DNA of 64,000 nucleotides from IMG/VR virus record IMGVR_UViG_3300027754_000034, positions 124,001 to 188,000 of that record; one strand, given 5' to 3'. The translations under genes were made by a program, and so were the position numbers. Every line of letters starts with the position of its first letter. Position 1 is the stretch's first letter. Of the stretch, positions 20,193-29,498 are shown one piece after another. A model generated the notes under the pieces. That model saw only the letters and a program-made list of their open reading frames with translations, had not been told where the DNA came from and made no database searches.

Positions 20193-20929
20193 CTATTGTA
20201 GCACCGAAGAGAACGAAATTGGGAGATAAAGGCCCAGACGTCATAAGTTGGCAAAAATACTTAGTGAGTGCTGGTTTTAACCCCGGAACTCCCGATGGTA
20301 TTCATGGGAAGAAAACAGAAGACGCAGGTTTAGCCTGGGAAAAAGCGTCAACTGCTTCCACAATTCCGCCCGAATCTACTCTTTTTAGTCAGCACATTCA
20401 GTCTCGTAATTTCACGAAAGCTAACCGTAAGAAGGTAGACTTGGTGGTTCTCCATAGCACAGAAAACCCGATAAAGGCCGGAGTCGCGAAGAGCGTCGCT
20501 TTGTGGTTCAGCGGCGAGTCTTCACCTCGTGCGTCCGCTCATTACATCGTCGGCCCCGACGCCACGTTCCGGTGCGTCCGGGAGGACGACGTGGCGTACG
20601 CCGCACCAGGAGCGAACAACAACGGCGTGCAGATAGAGCAAGTCGGGCAAGCTTTTAAAACTCAGTGGCTCAAAGACGGGACTGGAGTCACCGATGGTTA
20701 CCAGGTTTTTAAAAATTCAGCTAAACTCGTCCATGATATTTGCCTTCGTTGGGACATTCCGATGGAGAAAGTGGATGCTATAGGTTTATTAGCCAAAAAA
20801 CGCGGCATTACCACTCACGCAGCAGTCAGCGAGGCATTTAAAAAATCAGATCATGTGGACCCAGGTTGCAAAGGCGATATTCGTTGGCCTTGGGCAGAAT
20901 ATCTTGACCTAGTAAATCAATCGTCCTGA
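20189..20929 (+). CDS. Endolysin: PG-binding domain plus N-acetylmuramoyl-L-alanine amidase (Amidase_2)
   Basis: VVLHSTE, ASAHYIV, AYAAPGAN..GVQIE, ITTH, HVDPG..WPW. Confidence 0.9.
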   Translation: MTIVAPKRTKLGDKGPDVISWQKYLVSAGFNPGTPDGIHGKKTEDAGLAWEKASTASTIPPESTLFSQHIQSRNFTKANRKKVDLVVLHSTENPIKAGVAKSVALWFSGESSPRASAHYIVGPDATFRCVREDDVAYAAPGANNNGVQIEQVGQAFKTQWLKDGTGVTDGYQVFKNSAKLVHDICLRWDIPMEKVDAIGLLAKKRGITTHAAVSEAFKKSDHVDPGCKGDIRWPWAEYLDLVNQSS

Positions 20930-21345
20930 ATACTGCTTATTGTCTTTAACTTGGCTTTGATGGATTTTATCTCCTTTAAATTTTCAGTCCACCAAGTACA
21001 AGTTTTCAGTCGTCTTCCCAAATCACGAGCGATTCTCGGCTTACTATATAACTCAAAATCACCGACACCCACCACGTTATAGCAGAATTCACCGAATCCA
21101 TGGCTCTTTGTGAATTCGGTGAATTCTGCTTCTAAATTCCCGTACTCGAGTAAGATAATCCCCAAGTGTTCATCGTGAAATGATCCAGCCAATAGCCCTA
21201 AAGGAATTTTTCGACATATTAAATCCAGATTATCCAAAATCCCGGATTCTTTATACCAATATCCCACCATGGTGACTACCAAGGTTTCCAAGTCAATTTT
21301 AATGGTAATGAAATTACGATTACTTATCATGATATTACCTCGCAC
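20917..21345 (-). CDS. Hypothetical protein with shared C-terminal tag
   Basis: Ends KLKTISSIQDD*. Confidence 0.55.
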   Translation of the reverse strand: MRGNIMISNRNFITIKIDLETLVVTMVGYWYKESGILDNLDLICRKIPLGLLAGSFHDEHLGIILLEYGNLEAEFTEFTKSHGFGEFCYNVVGVGDFELYSKPRIARDLGRRLKTCTWWTENLKEIKSIKAKLKTISSIQDD

Positions 21346-21350
21346 AAGAA

Positions 21351-21366
21351 AGACGCCGCGACTGTC
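21351..21366 (-). promoter_or_regulatory. Deleted copy of the promoter motif (spacer 6 instead of 15)
   Basis: agacg-ccgcga-ctgtcgatatt; equals the 19386 copy minus cacgcacga. Confidence 0.65.
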
Positions 21367-21435
21367 GATATTTCCTTTGATATGTGGTCATTATAAAACT
21401 ATATATGATATATTTGCAAAATATATGAAATACGT

Positions 21436-21479
21436 ATGAGTCGACCCCAACACCCTTTCGGGCGTTGGGGTCGACTCAT
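21436..21479. terminator. Long hairpin after the MoxR gene
   Basis: atgagtcgaccccaac...gttggggtcgactcat, GAAA loop on minus strand. Confidence 0.7.
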
Positions 21480-21492
21480 GTTCATCTTAAGA

Positions 21493-22593
21493 TCATTTCA
21501 AGACCTTCCGGACGGCCAGGTAGGTGGCCATTACGGATGGGATCTTCTGCATGCTGAAAGACTTTATCAAGTCCATGTTCAGCGCGGATTTCACCGCCGC
21601 GACCTGGAATTCAGTGGGGATTTCCTGCAACCAATTGAAGACATTGGTAGCTACCTTGTCGACGGATGCCTGGTGTTTCGTCTTATCCTTGAAGTCCGTT
21701 CGACGGCACTCCTGGGCAACGGCAGACACGGAGCCGATCGCGCAGACCAATTGCTTATCAATCGTCATCGTGTCCATGTTCGGCTTGGTCCCATCTGCCA
21801 CCAGCTTGTCGATGATAGGCTCGACGTGGCGGTAGTGGTCCAGCCAAACCCGGAACTTTACCGCAGCCTCACTCCCGACCCGGCCTGCAACCAGCATGGT
21901 CTGGAACTCGACCGAATCTTTGGACGTCGTCTGGTCCACTTCCCGAGCCGCCAGGCTCCAGGAGCGGGGAGACGGCCTGCAATAGGCAGTGGGGTCACCC
22001 TCAACCGAAGGACGGCTGAGGAATTCCTGATTCTTGCTCAGGAATCCGACCACAAGCGGATTTAGACCCGCGTCCTGTGCCCATTGCCTCCATGGTTCAA
22101 AGCTGTGTGTCAGCTTATACACCTTGCAACGGTTAGTCAGCGCGTGCGACACGGGCTGGCTGTGTGCCCCCTCGTCGGGTAGATTACCCGTTGCGATGAT
22201 GGCTTGAATCGAAAGCTTCGTCCCATTGAGGGTATGGGACTGGAACAACTCCAGGAGAGGATTCTGAAGCTCAGGCTTCGACTTGTCAACCTCATCCACG
22301 AGGAGGACCACCGGTCGATCCACCCTACCCTCAATGGGTAGGAAACGGGGTCGAGCATAGTCCACGCTCTGGTCCTCGGTGATGATGGGGAGACCGAGCA
22401 AATCCGGTGCTTCAAGCACCGACAAGTTCAGGTAGTACACCCCAAACCCCTCTGCCTCAGCGGCTTGGACCGCCATTTCGGTCTTGCCGATCCCCGCCTG
22501 ACCGAAAACCATGAGGTTTCCACCCGTTCGGACATTGAAGCGTAGAACCTCGGCGTAGGTATCCTGGGTGATTTCGACAACATTGGTGAGCAT
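21493..22593 (-). CDS. MoxR-like AAA+ ATPase
   Basis: Walker A GQAGIGKT, DLLGLP, Walker B LLVDEVD, ATGN, ALTNR, PSPRSW. Confidence 0.92.
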   Translation of the reverse strand: MLTNVVEITQDTYAEVLRFNVRTGGNLMVFGQAGIGKTEMAVQAAEAEGFGVYYLNLSVLEAPDLLGLPIITEDQSVDYARPRFLPIEGRVDRPVVLLVDEVDKSKPELQNPLLELFQSHTLNGTKLSIQAIIATGNLPDEGAHSQPVSHALTNRCKVYKLTHSFEPWRQWAQDAGLNPLVVGFLSKNQEFLSRPSVEGDPTAYCRPSPRSWSLAAREVDQTTSKDSVEFQTMLVAGRVGSEAAVKFRVWLDHYRHVEPIIDKLVADGTKPNMDTMTIDKQLVCAIGSVSAVAQECRRTDFKDKTKHQASVDKVATNVFNWLQEIPTEFQVAAVKSALNMDLIKSFSMQKIPSVMATYLAVRKVLK

Positions 22594-22653
22594 TTTTGTA
22601 TTACCTTTTATATAACGTGTTGGCGGAAAGCGCCACCGATCGGCGCACTAGAA

Positions 22654-22678
22654 AGACGCAGCGACAGCGACAGTTGTC
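22654..22678 (-). promoter_or_regulatory. ECF-like promoter motif
   Basis: agacg-cagcgacagcgacag-ttgtc. Confidence 0.72.
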
Positions 22679-22757
22679 GCTATTAACTTTAAGATATAAT
22701 AACTGAAAGATTTGGAGGATGGGAAGATTACAACCTATTACCATCCTCCATTAGATA

Positions 22758-23414
22758 TCAATCTTTCATAATTTCATGCATAACATAGGAGTCAAGTGCC
22801 CTTTTGAGCACTTCTGGTGAAGCATCTTTGGCCCATCTGTCCAAACACTCCACAATTTTCTCTACGACGTGATCTTCCCGGGCTTTTCGGAGGCCACTCT
22901 TGTACTCATCCCCCGATTGGTCTTCGGCAACCAGGAGACAAATCTTTTTAGAAGCTTCTTGAAATTCGGTCTCCAGGTTATAAAACTCTTGGTGAATATC
23001 TTCCCACATCATCTGCAATAGCCTATCCGGCTTGCAGAAATAAGTAGGAACCCGAGGCTTCCTCTCTCCCTCCCGAATGACGCCGAAATTATCTAGAATG
23101 ATCTTCTCCAGATCCTTCTTGTGGAAGACCATACTGAAGTTCGTTCGGCACTCGAATTGAAATTCGCCCCCAGAAATCTTGTTATGGTGGAAGCCGGAAA
23201 TGACATTTTCCTCGTTCTCTCCAAATCCAACTACAAGTATTGGGTATGACACCCCACTATAATCGACTTGGAAATCCCATTTTACGATGGACGGCGTTGC
23301 AAGTCTCCTTTTTGCAATGGCTATATAATTTTTAAAATCTTCAGTCTCCTGAATGAGACTTGAAACCTTCTTATAACTTTCACCACTCTTCAGCTTTCGC
23401 GGATTACGGGACAT
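22758..23414 (-). CDS. Hypothetical protein with shared C-terminal tag (start revised to MSRNPRK)
   Basis: AAGGAG RBS after promoter motif; ends SPEVLKRALDSYVMHEIMKD*. Confidence 0.7.
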   Translation of the reverse strand: MSRNPRKLKSGESYKKVSSLIQETEDFKNYIAIAKRRLATPSIVKWDFQVDYSGVSYPILVVGFGENEENVISGFHHNKISGGEFQFECRTNFSMVFHKKDLEKIILDNFGVIREGERKPRVPTYFCKPDRLLQMMWEDIHQEFYNLETEFQEASKKICLLVAEDQSGDEYKSGLRKAREDHVVEKIVECLDRWAKDASPEVLKRALDSYVMHEIMKD

Positions 23415-23435
23415 CGTGTTCTCCTTCACCCGGCG

Positions 23436-23460
23436 AGACGCAGCGACGCGGGCAATTGTC
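23436..23460 (-). promoter_or_regulatory. ECF-like promoter motif
   Basis: agacg-cagcgacgcgggcaa-ttgtc. Confidence 0.72.
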
Positions 23461-23490
23461 AGTATTTCGTTTCGATGCATTTACTACTAT

Positions 23491-23841
23491 TTAAGCAGCA
23501 CTATTAACTATTTTATTGATATAATGAGAAATGATTTTAGCATCTTTAACGCAAATGTCCATTTTCTCCGCAACATAATAACAGTTCGGGTTAGTGCCTT
23601 TTCCAACAATCATTGCAGAATTTTTCTGATAATTTATCCAGGTAACCAGAAATCCATCCGTTATCATTAGCTCAGAATTTTCACTTGCTTTCGGTCCGTT
23701 TACCGGAGTAATCATTAAAAGGTATCTGGTTCCATTACCGGGTTGTATTTCATGAAGACTAACTATAGCTGACCACGCATTTATTTTAACCATAAGTCCT
23801 ATATTTAGTTTTATTAAATAACAATCTGATACCAAGTTCAA
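23491..23841 (-). CDS. Hypothetical protein
   Basis: QPGNGTRY-containing ORF; start uncertain. Confidence 0.45.
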   Translation of the reverse strand: MNLVSDCYLIKLNIGLMVKINAWSAIVSLHEIQPGNGTRYLLMITPVNGPKASENSELMITDGFLVTWINYQKNSAMIVGKGTNPNCYYVAEKMDICVKDAKIISHYINKIVNSAA

Positions 23842-23902
23842 GAAAAGCTAAGAAACGACATCAAGACGCCTGTGATTAAGTGTCTTTTAGGTATTAATTA
23901 TT

Positions 23903-24556
23903 ATGAAGATTTATCCCATAGCCATCCGAATAGCTGGATTGGAGTCATACTTTGATGATATTTGCATCTATGTAGATTTAGATAATACGCTAATATGTGC
24001 CAGAGAAAAAAGTTCTCTGGATGAAGAGGATTTTAAAGAAATATCTGATTCAGGATACGAATACAAAGAAGTGGTAGCAGGGAAAAAATGGATAGTAGGG
24101 TTGAGACCTGGTGCAAAAAGTTTTCTTGAAGCAGTAGGTGAACTTGGTGAAGTCAAGCTATGTACTGCAGCCACTAAACCTTATGCGAATGCCATGCTCA
24201 GAGCATTCGAGTTAACTAGATATTTCAGCGAAATAATAAGCAGAGAGAACTTAGATTCAAACGAAATGAAAGAAAAGTACCCGTGCTCCATACTAGTGGA
24301 CGATTTACCGTCAGGTATGCCAGATATAAAGAGTAAACTAAAAGTTATGGGTATACCGTGGGATAACTCTGAATTCTATCGTAATAATCCTAATGGTGGC
24401 TTATTAGAAGAGCATAAAGCTGAAATGGCTCACCATAAAAACCACCACGTAAATGTGGCGGGTTTTTATGGTGGTATTGATGATGGCGATATTAATTTAA
24501 ATGAAGCTCTTGCAAAAGTAAAAATCGTTCTTGGTCGTATTAATAGAACGATGTAA
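23903..24556 (+). CDS. HAD-family (NIF/FCP1-like) phosphatase with N-terminal 'RIA' leader
   Basis: DLDNTLI, LRPG..FL, CTAA...YA, LVDD. Confidence 0.8.
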   Translation: MKIYPIAIRIAGLESYFDDICIYVDLDNTLICAREKSSLDEEDFKEISDSGYEYKEVVAGKKWIVGLRPGAKSFLEAVGELGEVKLCTAATKPYANAMLRAFELTRYFSEIISRENLDSNEMKEKYPCSILVDDLPSGMPDIKSKLKVMGIPWDNSEFYRNNPNGGLLEEHKAEMAHHKNHHVNVAGFYGGIDDGDINLNEALAKVKIVLGRINRTM

Positions 24557-24896
24557 AAGTACCCTTATTTGGATTTTAAGCCTAAACCGGGCAATACATC
24601 CCAGCATTTATCTATATTTTTTGAAGATCTTCCGCCATACTCTTTATATCTTTAACTACTTTTTCTATGCGTTCTGGACTTACATCTTCTCCGTCCAATA
24701 AAGATTTTGCTTGACTTATTATCCGATTAATATATCCTGCTGACGGATCAAAAAAGAATTGGTTCAAACTTGTTTTCTTACCTGTCGATATTCGGGAAAT
24801 GAGTGCTAGTGAACTGTCTACCTTTAAATAAAGTACACCGAAGAATGAATTTTATGTTCCGAAGTATAAAGTCCACTGGTCATATGCTTTTTATTA

Positions 24897-25493
24897 TTGT
24901 TTTTTAACGTGAAACCTCGTGAATTATCAAATGCCCTTCGTCGTATAGCTGCAGCCATAGAGGGTTCTAAAAACCCATCTCGTAAACTTGTAACTGCGGA
25001 TTTAAAAGGGGTTATTTCACGTTTATCTTCTGATAAAATATCAAAAGATAAACTTGAAGAAATTATCAAGCAGCACGCCCTATGGGTCAAAAAAGACCCC
25101 GCAGGGGTGGAGGCGGACCTTAGCGGGATGGACCTTAGCGGGATGGACCTGGAGGGGGCTAACCTGAAGGAGGCTAACCTGAAGGAGGCTAAACTGAAGG
25201 GGGCTAACCTGAAGAGGGCTAACCTGCTTCATGCGGACCTGACCGGGGCGGACCTGACCGGGGCGGACCTGACCAAGGCGGACCTAAGCGGGGCGGACCT
25301 GGACCGGGCGTTCCTGACCGATGCGAATCTGACCGGGGCGCGGCTGGTCAATGCTAACCTGAAGGGGGCTAACCTGGACGGGACGAACGTGCACGATGCG
25401 GACTTTCGTGGGGCGAACCTGAATAATATATCCTTGGACAAAACGAAGGGCAAACCCAAAGAGGAAGGGATGCGAACCTTCGGACGGATCTAA
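24897..25493 (+). CDS. Pentapeptide-repeat protein with N-terminal 'LRRIAA' module
   Basis: ANLKE/ADLTG repeats; out-of-frame repeats continue to about 25540. Confidence 0.85.
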   Translation: MFFNVKPRELSNALRRIAAAIEGSKNPSRKLVTADLKGVISRLSSDKISKDKLEEIIKQHALWVKKDPAGVEADLSGMDLSGMDLEGANLKEANLKEAKLKGANLKRANLLHADLTGADLTGADLTKADLSGADLDRAFLTDANLTGARLVNANLKGANLDGTNVHDADFRGANLNNISLDKTKGKPKEEGMRTFGRI

Positions 25494-25590
25494 CCGATGC
25501 GATCCTGCGCTATGCTAATCTGACCGGGGCGGACCCGTATCATTCCTTTTAATACTAACTGGTGATTCGCCTAACGACATACCGTACTCT

Positions 25591-26166
25591 TCACGAATTC
25601 ATGACTCGCTCAGAAATGATAAGGTTCATAGCTGAAGCGAAAACTTCGTCATTAAGTTCAGACTTAGATAATATCATCTTTTTAAACTTCGTCCACCAAA
25701 AAATAGCATCCCCGAAACGGCTATTGGAAATATTATATTCCATCCAACCATTAAAATCCCTTACGGTGTGAATCTCAGGATATTCAAGAGACACGTATGA
25801 AGATGGATATTTAAGAGATCTCAGATTATTCTCTTGAATTAACTTGTCAAGCTCTTGAAGACGACTAAAGATCATCTTCGTCAGAACACTGTTAGGGACC
25901 GGTGCCTTCTTTTTCGGCTCCCACTCCTCAATCAATTTCTTGGTTGCCTCGAAGTCCATCCTAAAAAATAAAATACAATTTGGTATTGTCACCATGGTGA
26001 CATCTTCCAAGGTCAGGAAGTTCTGCTCTTGCAGAACTCTGATGTGAGACAAGTTCCCGCCTTGGAGGATGGAATTGGCCAACTTTCGAAGCTGACCCAT
26101 ACCTCCAAAGATGGAATCTGCTTTGGTTTGCGCAATACTATCGAGTTTATAATCGTGGTAAAACAT
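25591..26166 (-). CDS. Hypothetical protein with shared C-terminal tag
   Basis: GGAG RBS; ends NLIISERVMNS*. Confidence 0.7.
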   Translation of the reverse strand: MFYHDYKLDSIAQTKADSIFGGMGQLRKLANSILQGGNLSHIRVLQEQNFLTLEDVTMVTIPNCILFFRMDFEATKKLIEEWEPKKKAPVPNSVLTKMIFSRLQELDKLIQENNLRSLKYPSSYVSLEYPEIHTVRDFNGWMEYNISNSRFGDAIFWWTKFKKMILSKSELNDEVFASAMNLIISERVMNS

Positions 26167-26226
26167 ACTCTCCTATACATGGTGTAAAACGGCGCGGAGC
26201 GACGCACCAGCGGAGCGCCAACAGCA

Positions 26227-26251
26227 GGACGCAGCGGCAGCGGCAGCTGTC
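26227..26251 (-). promoter_or_regulatory. ECF-like promoter motif (GACAG-N15-CGTCC)
   Basis: ggacg-cagcggcagcggcag-ctgtc. Confidence 0.7.
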
Positions 26252-26504
26252 ACTCACTCATTGTAAGTTCAATTATTGAAAGACGTATAGCATCTTCTTG
26301 AAGTTCATACAATCTGGAGGATCTTGCACGAGGCCACAATTTCTGCCCTCCAATCGTTAAAATCCAGTATGAAGTTTGAAAATCAATACATTCCGATATG
26401 CAAAATTCTTCTCCTCTAAATTTAAAAGTAGTGTGTGAATGAATTTTAAGACGGTTTATGGCGTTTCGTATTACAAGAGAAAAAGCACTCGGGATTTTCT
26501 TCAT
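26250..26504 (-). CDS. Hypothetical protein with tag-like C-terminus
   Basis: Ends RLSIIELTMSE*. Confidence 0.5.
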   Translation of the reverse strand: MKKIPSAFSLVIRNAINRLKIHSHTTFKFRGEEFCISECIDFQTSYWILTIGGQKLWPRARSSRLYELQEDAIRLSIIELTMSE

Positions 26505-26813
26505 TGGTCATAGGCCATAAAGTGGGTTAATTTCGAATTAAAACTTCCCATATGGATTCATACCATGAATATCAGTCGAAAGACTGCTTTGACTCATGGT
26601 TGGTCTTCATATTCACGAAATCATGAAGAGCTTCATCAAGATTAATACCTGTGGCAACGAATTGCCAATTACCGACAGTCCAAAGACCGTTTTTCCGAGT
26701 CATCTTGATGGGACCAAATTCAGTAACTAACTTTTCCATAAACCACCATGTATGTATTATATAGATGTGGGGGCAACCTCATTCGGTTTACCCCCATATT
26801 TCAAATTCAATTA

Positions 26814-27182
26814 CTAAATCAGAAAGTATTTAGCTTTACCTTTGATACCTTCCATCCGAATTGATCCTTGACTCCGAAGTGTCCGCAACCAGGATTTAAC
26901 TTCATTCCGGTCACATCCAAGTTGGGTTATGAGGTCTCCCATCCCCACCCCAGCGGCGTGCATTTTCACAGTTTCAAGAACCGCTGACAGTCCTTGCTTG
27001 GATTTCGGAGCCTCGTGTTGTCGCTCCGTTATTAGCGGAGGTTGTGACTCGGCGCTGATGCTGGTGGAGAAGTCACCTAGAAGGTCCGCTATAGCAGATT
27101 CTACCTGGGACTGAACGATCTCGCGAACGCGCTCTTCCACGACAGCCATAAACCGATTGAACTCAAATGTTACTCTATCCAT
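26814..27182 (-). CDS. Winged-helix DNA-binding protein
   Basis: VLETVK...GMGDLITQLG.DRNEVKSWLRTL...G.I...G.K.KAKYF. Confidence 0.65.
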   Translation of the reverse strand: MDRVTFEFNRFMAVVEERVREIVQSQVESAIADLLGDFSTSISAESQPPLITERQHEAPKSKQGLSAVLETVKMHAAGVGMGDLITQLGCDRNEVKSWLRTLRSQGSIRMEGIKGKAKYFLI

Positions 27183-27283
27183 TTTTCTTCCTTTTGTGTT
27201 TCAGACATCGAACAAACGCAAACAAACTGATAATTTTCTTAGTGTTATTGGCGATACCTCTCGGTAAAACCCGAGGAACTACT

Positions 27284-27599
27284 TGGTGCGACAGGAGGGA
27301 CTTGAACCCCCGACCCGCTGATTATGCTTACCACTTCGACTTTCGCCGCCCTCTTTCGAGGTTCGTGGTCTGGACTATACCTTGCCTCTCGGCCCTAGCG
27401 TCTAGTCTCTACACCTTCCTGATAAATCAGGCTTGGCTCGGGATTGGCATGCCGGTTTCCCAGTTTAGCGTTCCCCGAATTTGCCAGGTTCTACCGGGGT
27501 GTTTCGCCCGGCAACCCTACCCATTCAAACATAGGCGTAAAACCTTTAGTCGGAATTGGTCTTAAGTCAGCTGCTACTAACCTACTGAGCTACTGTCGC
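27284..27599 (-). tRNA. tRNA with CAU anticodon (Ile2 or elongator Met), split by a group I intron
   Basis: Exon 1 27565-27599 (GCGACAG...GCTGA-CT), exon 2 27284-27326 (CAT-AA-TCAGC...GTTCAAGT...CTGTCGC-A-CCA). Confidence 0.9.
27327..27564 (-). mobile_element. Group I (IC3-like) self-splicing intron, 238 nt, ORF-less
   Basis: P AAATTCGGGGAA, Q AATCCCGAGC, R GTAGAGACTAGACG, S AAGGTATAGTCC; 5' exon ends in U33, intron ends in G. Confidence 0.92.
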
Positions 27600-27741
27600 A
27601 TGAATTATTGTAAGTGCGGAACTTAATCCCTCGCCAAGCTATGCGGCAAAACGAGAGATCCTCTCAATCGAACCCGGATGCCTTATTATCTTCCTTTCGG
27701 TGAAAGAAATTACATCAAACTTAATAACAGTCTCTCACCAG

Positions 27742-27814
27742 AGCGGGATGACGGGTTCGAACCGACGACATGGAGGTTGGAAACCTCCTGCTCTACCAAC
27801 TGAGCTAATCCCGC
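27742..27814 (-). tRNA. tRNA-Gly(UCC)
   Basis: GCGGGAT acceptor, GGAGG-TTTCCAA-CCTCC arm. Confidence 0.92.
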
Positions 27815-27890
27815 GTTATTTTACTTTACAATGAAGAGTCGCCTTAATTCAGTTCTTAAAAGTCTATCATTTTACACCAATAGCATTCTT

Positions 27891-27966
27891 TGGTGGCCAT
27901 GGTGGGACTCGAACCCACACTTTATCGATTTTAAGTCGATTGCCTCTGCCTTTGGGCTACATGGCC
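27891..27966 (-). tRNA. tRNA-Leu(UAA) with short variable loop
   Basis: GGCCATG acceptor, ATCGA-CTTAAAA-TCGAT, 5-nt variable region, encoded CCA. Confidence 0.88.
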
Positions 27967-28079
27967 AAGTTTACTTAACAATACCGAGAGGGTAACGGCC
28001 ATGGAGCCGACCAAAGCTCAACCGCTACCCTCTCGGGTCTGCCGCAGAGGACGAGACGTGCTCGTCTCCTGCGATCGGA

Positions 28080-28104
28080 AGACGCAGCGACCGGGCCGAT
28101 TTTC
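28080..28104 (-). promoter_or_regulatory. ECF-like promoter motif variant upstream of the tRNA cluster
   Basis: agacg-cagcgaccgggccga-ttttc. Confidence 0.6.
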
Positions 28105-28127
28105 GCCGTCGCTTGCCTACAGGACTT

Positions 28128-28514
28128 TTAAAATTGGAGAATTTTCCCATCCTTCTTGAGGATGACATTTCGCTCCACAGGATCAATTTCAGCATCAATT
28201 CCCGCATACTTCTTCATCAAGTAGATATAAACTTCGTCAGTTCTGATGGAATCTTGCATTCCTTCATTGCACCACATATAAGAATCATGTCCTATGATTA
28301 GATATGGTGCCCACTCATCGGCTACTTGAATACAATAAAAACCACCATGGCTGAACTCTCCGAGCTTCCATTTTATACCAAGAGGCTCTAAGACGGACTT
28401 GGTCATTCCCCTTACATGAGGAGATAAATCAAATAGTCTTGCATTATCAAATTTCATGGGAGGTTCCAAATGCAATCTTTCTTTGAAAACCTCCGCAGCC
28501 TCCCGAATGTGCAT
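28128..28514 (-). CDS. Hypothetical protein
   Basis: ORF track. Confidence 0.55.
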   Translation of the reverse strand: MHIREAAEVFKERLHLEPPMKFDNARLFDLSPHVRGMTKSVLEPLGIKWKLGEFSHGGFYCIQVADEWAPYLIIGHDSYMWCNEGMQDSIRTDEVYIYLMKKYAGIDAEIDPVERNVILKKDGKILQF

Positions 28515-28527
28515 AAGGGAACTTTAC

Positions 28528-28809
28528 TTAATTCAAAAGATAGCGAAGTTCCTTCAATTTTTCACAACATTGTTCAGCCTGATCAAGGAGTCGATGCCAC
28601 ACCATAGTGGGTTCTCCCAACTCTTTACAATTAAAATAGGCAATACCAGCCACAAATTCCGCTGTCGTGCCTTCGAGATTCATAGTATTCTCAGTAATTT
28701 GAATATTATGGATCGTATCAAGATGACCAACGATTTTTCGACCATCCTTCAATTCAACAGTAACCCAGTCCCCATCGTTTATTTTGGATGTTTTTATTGA
28801 TGCTAACAT
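28528..28809 (-). CDS. Hypothetical protein (Sm/Hfq-like beta start)
   Basis: GGAG RBS; VTVELKDGRKIVGHL. Confidence 0.5.
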   Translation of the reverse strand: MLASIKTSKINDGDWVTVELKDGRKIVGHLDTIHNIQITENTMNLEGTTAEFVAGIAYFNCKELGEPTMVWHRLLDQAEQCCEKLKELRYLLN

Positions 28810-28816
28810 GTTCTCC

Positions 28817-29269
28817 CTAACTGCTCATGATGTCAGATAACACTTGCGATCCACAATTTAAGTCAACACTGCTCTCTTCGCAAGCCTCAACCAGAGTTTG
28901 ATCTCGGCGTACGTTCACCCATTTAAGACATCTTCGGCACCTAAATTGGTATGCTTCATCAGAATAGATAGATTCTCTTGCAGATGCCCAATCATGGTTA
29001 TTAAAATTTCCTTTTGCCGGGTTGTACTTCTTTCTCTTCTCTAAACTTACATCAACACCTTCGGATTCAAGCAGAGAATCAAGCATGAAGGAAAATTGGT
29101 CTTTTTCAACCGTATCTTCCTCAGGGTCTACCGGCTTTTCAGCGTCGTATTCATCTTCTGCAATTTCTGATTGTACTTGTACATGAGTACCCTGATTAAG
29201 AATCAGATCTTCTTTCTTGGCTTCCGGTTTGCTAATGCCGAATAGATCATCCATTTCTTTGCTAAACAT
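28817..29269 (-). CDS. Acidic Zn-finger protein with shared C-terminal tag
   Basis: HDW...CRRC...C; ends QVLSDIMSS*. Confidence 0.65.
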   Translation of the reverse strand: MFSKEMDDLFGISKPEAKKEDLILNQGTHVQVQSEIAEDEYDAEKPVDPEEDTVEKDQFSFMLDSLLESEGVDVSLEKRKKYNPAKGNFNNHDWASARESIYSDEAYQFRCRRCLKWVNVRRDQTLVEACEESSVDLNCGSQVLSDIMSS

Positions 29270-29294
29270 GTAAACCTCGCTCTCTCCGTGGTAC

Positions 29295-29319
29295 AGACGC
29301 GGAAGAATCGCAGACTGTC
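29295..29319 (-). promoter_or_regulatory. ECF-like promoter motif
   Basis: agacg-cggaagaatcgcaga-ctgtc. Confidence 0.65.
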
Positions 29320-29498
29320 ACCCTTTATATTTCACCATCATCATCTTCGATTACATAATCGTGATGGGTTAGTTTTATTTTATTCTTGGTGCGTTCTAAA
29401 TCTAAAAGATATAAAGTATATTCTAATGCAGACACTTCTGTTTTTCTCTCTTCTAAGTATTTTCTAACCCTTCCCTCATCCCAGTATTTCATTTCCGG

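Noticed and set aside
27167-27626. Plus-strand ORFs 27167 and 27444
   Set aside because: Antisense to the tRNA and group I intron; the intron has no homing endonuclease ORF
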